DNA of 64,000 bases from Halobacteriales archaeon QS_5_68_33. Lineage in GTDB: Archaea > Halobacteriota > Halobacteria > Halobacteriales > Haloarculaceae. The stretch is taken from contig PXRS01000077.1 of assembly GCA_003023785.1 (NCBI GenBank), positions 57,033 through 121,032 of the forward strand, given 5' to 3'. The stretch's first letter is position 1. Every line of letters starts with the position of its first letter. Below, one piece after another: positions 60,070-64,000 of the stretch. The notes beneath the pieces were generated by a model. It was not told the origin of the DNA. It saw nothing but the letters and a program-made list of their open reading frames with translations, and did no database searches. The position numbers and the translations under genes were made by a program.

Positions 60070-60932
60070 TCCTCGCCTCCCGTCCCGAGCAGCCCCTGGG
60101 GTCTGACGAGCAACACGACGAGGAAGATGAGCAGGCTGACCACGTTCCGGTAACCCAGGTAGAGGTCGCCGAGGTTCTCCGCGACGCCGATGACGAGGCC
60201 GCCGACCAGGGTCCCCGGGACGGACCCGACGCCGCCGAGGACGACCACGGCGAAGGTCTTGAGGAGGTAGGACCACCCGACGAACGGGGTGATGGGGAAC
60301 AGCATCGCCAGGAGCGCGCCGGCCGCCCCGGCCAGGGCGGTCCCGACCCCGAGCGTGAGCGCGTAGATGCGGTCGGTGTCGATCCCCATGTGGCGGGCCG
60401 CGTCGGGGTTTTGCGCTGTGGCACGGATCGCCTGCCCGGTCCTCGTGTACTGCAGGAACGCCCACGTGAGCGCGACGAGGACGACCGCGACGACGAAGGT
60501 CACGGTCCGCTCGAAGGAGAGGAACCCCAGGTCGAACCAGCCCCGGGGAATGCCGATGTCGGCGGTCCGGGCGTCCCCGCTCAGGAGGATCCGTGCGACG
60601 TTCTGGAGGACCAGCGCGAGGCCGAACAGCACGATGATGGGCTGTTCGATCCCCTCGCCGACGACCCGTTCGAGGAGCACCCTCTGGAGGGCAACCCCGA
60701 AGACGAAGAGGACGCCCATCGCGAGGAACATCCCGACCAGCGGCGTGATGCCGGTGGCCGCAAGGAGGACGATCGCCAGGTAGGCCCCGACCATCAGCAT
60801 GTGCCCGTGTGCGAGGTTGACGACGTCCATGATGCCGAACACGAGCGACAGTCCCAGCGCCGCGAGGGCGTAAATACCCCCGAGCAGGAGACCGTTGACG
60901 ACCGCCTCGACCGCGACGCCCGTGGCTACCAT
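60066..60932 (-). CDS. livH: Liv-type ABC transporter permease (LivH-like)
   Basis: 288 aa with GLSLVFGIMDVVNLAHG and IRATAQNPDAARHMGID blocks. Confidence 0.85.
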   Translation of the reverse strand: MVATGVAVEAVVNGLLLGGIYALAALGLSLVFGIMDVVNLAHGHMLMVGAYLAIVLLAATGITPLVGMFLAMGVLFVFGVALQRVLLERVVGEGIEQPIIVLFGLALVLQNVARILLSGDARTADIGIPRGWFDLGFLSFERTVTFVVAVVLVALTWAFLQYTRTGQAIRATAQNPDAARHMGIDTDRIYALTLGVGTALAGAAGALLAMLFPITPFVGWSYLLKTFAVVVLGGVGSVPGTLVGGLVIGVAENLGDLYLGYRNVVSLLIFLVVLLVRPQGLLGTGGEE

Positions 60933-60942
60933 GGCCGCGCGG

Positions 60943-62205
60943 TCACCGCTCGTCCCACGGGGAGATGGGGTACTGGAGGTCGAGTGCCCGGTCGGAGTCG
61001 GTGTCCGGGTAGACCAGTCGCTGGGCGCCGTCCCACCACTGGCCGGTGGGGGCGGTGAGTTCGCCCTCCGCGGGGAGGCCGTTGTCCTCGAAACTGAACG
61101 TGCCGATGACCGTTTCGAACTCCTCGCCGCGCAGCGCCGACTGGATCGCTCCGGGCTCCAGCGAATCGGCGGCCTCGACCGCCTGCTGGGCCACCTGCGT
61201 GAGGTTGTACGAGCCGCCGACGTTGACTGCCAGGTACTCCGAGTCGTCGTCGTACTCGGACTCGTATCGGTTCCTGAGCTGCTCGTTGCCGTTGCCGGTC
61301 AGCCCCGGGACCCACCCCGGACACATCAGGGCGTAGGCCCCCGCGTCTTCGAGGGCCGACCACCACGCCGAGGGGTCGGCCCCGCGGACGAACTGCAGCA
61401 TGTCAGGCGCCCAGCCGTTCTCCCGCATCTGGTTGACGGCCGTGATACCCCCGCCCGGCGTCGGGTTCGAGAGCAACACCTCGACGCCGGCGCTCTCGGA
61501 CCGGGAGATGAGCGTCGAGAAGTCCTCGGACCCGATCTCGAAGGTCTCGCGCAGGACGACCTCGTACCCCTCCGCGCTCAGGCGGTCCTCCCAGTAGCCG
61601 GCCTGCTCCGCGCCCCACCCCGAGTTGGGCTCCCAGATGCCGACCTGGCCGGGGCGCTCGGACTCGGAGATGAGTTCCAGCGTCCCGAGCGTCGACCGCG
61701 TGATGTCCCGCGATTTGGGGAACGGCGCGTAGGTCCACTCGTAGCCGTCGTTGCGGTGGGGCTCCTCGTAGGCGAACGCGATCCCCAGGAAGGGCAGTTC
61801 CTGGTTCTCGGCGAAGGCGCTGCCCGCGGTCACGAGCAGACTGGAGAAACTCCCCCAGATCATGTCGACGTCGTTGTTGCTCGTGATCGCCTGGAGCTGC
61901 TCGCGCAGCGTCTGGGCGTCGCTCTCGTCGTCGCGCACGACGAGGTTGACCTCGCGGTCGAGTTCCTCGTTCATCCGCTGCTCGCCGAGTTCGTACCCGC
62001 GACGGAGGTCCTGTCCCAGCGACGAGAACCGCCCCGACTCCGGGATGGTCGCGGCGATGGTCAGCGGGTCTTGGTCGCCCGTCGACGTGCCGCCACCGTC
62101 CTCGCCGAGCGTGCACCCCGCCAGCCCGGTCAGCGCTGCGATACCTGCTGCCCCTGTGCCTCTCAGATACCTACGCCGCGATACGGATCGCTCTTGCTGA
62201 GCCAT
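60943..62205 (-). CDS. Liv/amide-type (type I PBP) substrate-binding lipoprotein
   Basis: Tat/lipobox SRRRYLRGTGAAGIAALTGLAGC with a cluster-B PBP-like layout. Start at MAQQERS. Confidence 0.78.
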   Translation of the reverse strand: MAQQERSVSRRRYLRGTGAAGIAALTGLAGCTLGEDGGGTSTGDQDPLTIAATIPESGRFSSLGQDLRRGYELGEQRMNEELDREVNLVVRDDESDAQTLREQLQAITSNNDVDMIWGSFSSLLVTAGSAFAENQELPFLGIAFAYEEPHRNDGYEWTYAPFPKSRDITRSTLGTLELISESERPGQVGIWEPNSGWGAEQAGYWEDRLSAEGYEVVLRETFEIGSEDFSTLISRSESAGVEVLLSNPTPGGGITAVNQMRENGWAPDMLQFVRGADPSAWWSALEDAGAYALMCPGWVPGLTGNGNEQLRNRYESEYDDDSEYLAVNVGGSYNLTQVAQQAVEAADSLEPGAIQSALRGEEFETVIGTFSFEDNGLPAEGELTAPTGQWWDGAQRLVYPDTDSDRALDLQYPISPWDER

Positions 62206-62331
62206 ACCTTGGTGTGCGATATCTATGATGGAATATAAAGGTGTATGATCATCCGGGAACGACGCCGGGTTTCCCGCGTCGTTCGGGCTGCGGGGAAGGC
62301 GGAACATTCCGCTCCGGAGGCGGGCCCGTCA

Positions 62332-62409
62332 GACGGTCGGTTGTCAATGGTTTCCGGATTTCGTCGAACCGGTCGGCGAAATACCGGTAAATCGGTACAC
62401 CCGACCGTA
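62332..62409 (+). mobile_element. MITE-like hairpin element, family 1, copy J (78 bp)
   Basis: GACGGTCGGTTGT...ACACCCGACCGTA flanked by TCA (62329-31) and TCA (62410-12, the stop codon of the dioxygenase). Confidence 0.85.
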
Positions 62410-63522
62410 TCAGTCGCCGGAGGGCTGAGCCTCGGCGTAGAAGTTGAACGCCTCGAAGACGGGGCGGTCGGTCATGCCGAGGAGGACCGCCTCGTCGTCG
62501 GGGTCGTGGTGGTGGGTGGCGTCCGGCGGCACCACGAAGACGTCCCACTGGCCCCACTCCAGGGCCTCGTCGTCGACGTGGGTGGCGCCCTCGCCCTCGA
62601 TGACGAAGTAGATCTCCGTCGCGTTGTGGAAGTGGGCGTCGGTCGTCCCGTCGAGGAGTTGCGCCCGAAAGGACATCGTCGGGAACAGCGGCGGTTTGCC
62701 CGCGGCGGGGTTGACGTAGGCGACGCTGTAGCCGTCGTACGGGTCGGGGTCGCCGTTGTCGGCGCGCTGGCGCAGCGTCTCCGCCATCCGATTCCACCGG
62801 AAGCGGTAGGGCGGCGTCGCCTCGGCTTTCCCCTCGAAGGGGCCGGGGATGCCGTCGGACCGCTCGTCGGCGGGGCGGCCGCGGCCGTACTGCGAGTCCC
62901 AGTAGCCCCGGGTCTTGGTGACGGGCTGGCGTTCGAGTTCGTGGTTCTCGAAGGCCTGGGTCTTGTTCAGCGAGTCCAGAAAGAGCGGGAGGTCGAGCAC
63001 GTCCAGCCACGCGGCCGTCTCGTCGCCGTCGTTGACGTGGTCGTGCCACTCCCACTGGGGCGTCGTCACGAGGTCGTTGTCCCGCATCGGGAACTCCTCG
63101 CCGGCGACGACCGTCTTCATGTCCTCGTGCCCGTCGATGGTAAAACGCAGCGCGTTCCCCGAGTGGCGGTGGGCGGGCGCGGTCTCGCCCGGGGAGACGG
63201 TCTGGACGCCGACGTAGATCGTGTTCGAGATGGCGTTGCCGATCGAACTGTTGATCGGGACCGCGACCCGCCGCTGGAACCCCGGCGGCAGGTCCGCGAT
63301 GGGGACGTCCGCCTCGATGCTGTCGATCGCCGTCCGGATGTCCTCCCACTTCCAGATGCCCGGCTCCAGGTCGTTGATGACCGTCCCGAAGTCGTCCTCG
63401 ACCTCCCACAGCGGCCGCAACCCGTTGTCGGCGAGGATCCCCCGCGTCTCGGCACTCAACTCGAGGAGGTCCTCGGGGTCCCGTTCCTCCTGCTGTTGCT
63501 CGTCGGACTCTTGCTGGGCCAT
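62410..63522 (-). CDS. gentisate 1,2-dioxygenase-like bicupin
   Basis: Two cupin modules (PGETAPAHRHSGNALRFTIDG...WEWHDH; ...THFHNATEIYFVIEGEG). Start at MAQQESDEQ. Confidence 0.78.
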   Translation of the reverse strand: MAQQESDEQQQEERDPEDLLELSAETRGILADNGLRPLWEVEDDFGTVINDLEPGIWKWEDIRTAIDSIEADVPIADLPPGFQRRVAVPINSSIGNAISNTIYVGVQTVSPGETAPAHRHSGNALRFTIDGHEDMKTVVAGEEFPMRDNDLVTTPQWEWHDHVNDGDETAAWLDVLDLPLFLDSLNKTQAFENHELERQPVTKTRGYWDSQYGRGRPADERSDGIPGPFEGKAEATPPYRFRWNRMAETLRQRADNGDPDPYDGYSVAYVNPAAGKPPLFPTMSFRAQLLDGTTDAHFHNATEIYFVIEGEGATHVDDEALEWGQWDVFVVPPDATHHHDPDDEAVLLGMTDRPVFEAFNFYAEAQPSGD

Positions 63523-63608
63523 GGTCACCGGTTGGCACAGATCCGGCATAAGTGTACTGGCCGACCGCTCTCGCGGCAAACCGACCTGACGACCGCGACG
63601 CTCGGCCG

Positions 63609-63782
63609 CTAGACGGCCTGTGCGTCGAACACGTCCTTCGAGGGGAAAATCGCCCGACAGTCCTCACAGACCATCTGCCCCTGGATGGCGTACTCCCAGA
63701 GCTTGCCGCCACAGTCCAGACAGTCGAAGTGCGCCTCGACGAACGGGTTCTCCTCGGCGTAGGGGTTCTCGAACTCGGCCAT
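63609..63782 (-). CDS. small zinc-finger protein (57 aa)
   Basis: CLDC...CEDC pairs. Start at MAEFENPY within track ORF 63609..63842. Confidence 0.5.
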   Translation of the reverse strand: MAEFENPYAEENPFVEAHFDCLDCGGKLWEYAIQGQMVCEDCRAIFPSKDVFDAQAV

Positions 63783-63880
63783 GTGTGTACGTGACGAGCG
63801 TCCGCACAAAAGGATATCGTTGGCCGGGGTTCGAGGCAGCACGTCGGGCCTTCAGGAGGCCGGAGGCGGGGGCCCGGTCA

Positions 63881-63988
63881 TACTGTCGGACACAAGTGAT
63901 GCCACCGTCCCGGTGACTGTTTCGGGGTCTTCGAGATGCATGTCCCCGAACGTCGACGAGTACGTTCACGTACTTGTGTCCGACAGTA
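63881..63988 (+). mobile_element. MITE-like element, family 2 (108 bp)
   Basis: TIRs TACTGTCGGACACAAGT ... ACTTGTGTCCGACAGTA flanked by TCA (63878-80) and TCA (63989-91). Confidence 0.85.
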
Positions 63989-64000
63989 TCAGTCCGTCGC

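Overview
High-GC window with an acidic proteome and many Tat/lipobox signals; it looks like a haloarchaeal (Halobacteria-type) chromosome segment. I call about 60 credible CDS, tightly packed, many with 1-4 nt start/stop overlaps. Left to right: (1) a K+ channel. (2) A quaternary-amine/C1 catabolic block: BCCT transporter, RidA, formate-THF ligase, a non-Pyl MttB-family methyltransferase, a DMG/sarcosine dehydrogenase-GcvT fusion, EtfBA, a cytoplasmic formate dehydrogenase, and a tungsten-type AOR followed by four small coupled ORFs. (3) A Tat-exported FdnGHI-like formate dehydrogenase with a TorD-like chaperone and an MvhD-containing polyferredoxin. (4) A molybdenum/tungsten block: mobA, yqeC, tfx, wtpABC, tupABC, a modE-like gene, a MOT1-like permease and two moeA genes. 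(5) A GH3 glycosidase, an EtfD-like membrane Fe-S oxidoreductase and a BMP-family ABC transporter. (6) An FAH hydrolase, a Liv-type ABC transporter and gentisate 1,2-dioxygenase. I saw no rRNA, tRNA, CRISPR array or transposase gene. The strongest signal not explained by genes is a set of at least nine full copies (plus fragments) of three related 74-108 bp hairpin MITE-like elements. Their termini read TAC(G/T)G(T/C)CGG, most are flanked by 3-bp TCA/TGA direct repeats, and several sit exactly on TGA stop codons. The window also holds three decayed genes (a USP, a vapC and a mosaic folC-folP remnant), a 485-bp structured gene-free spacer, and a symmetric palindromic promoter candidate between tfx and wtpA. 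All functional calls come from motif recognition in the supplied translations; no database search was run.
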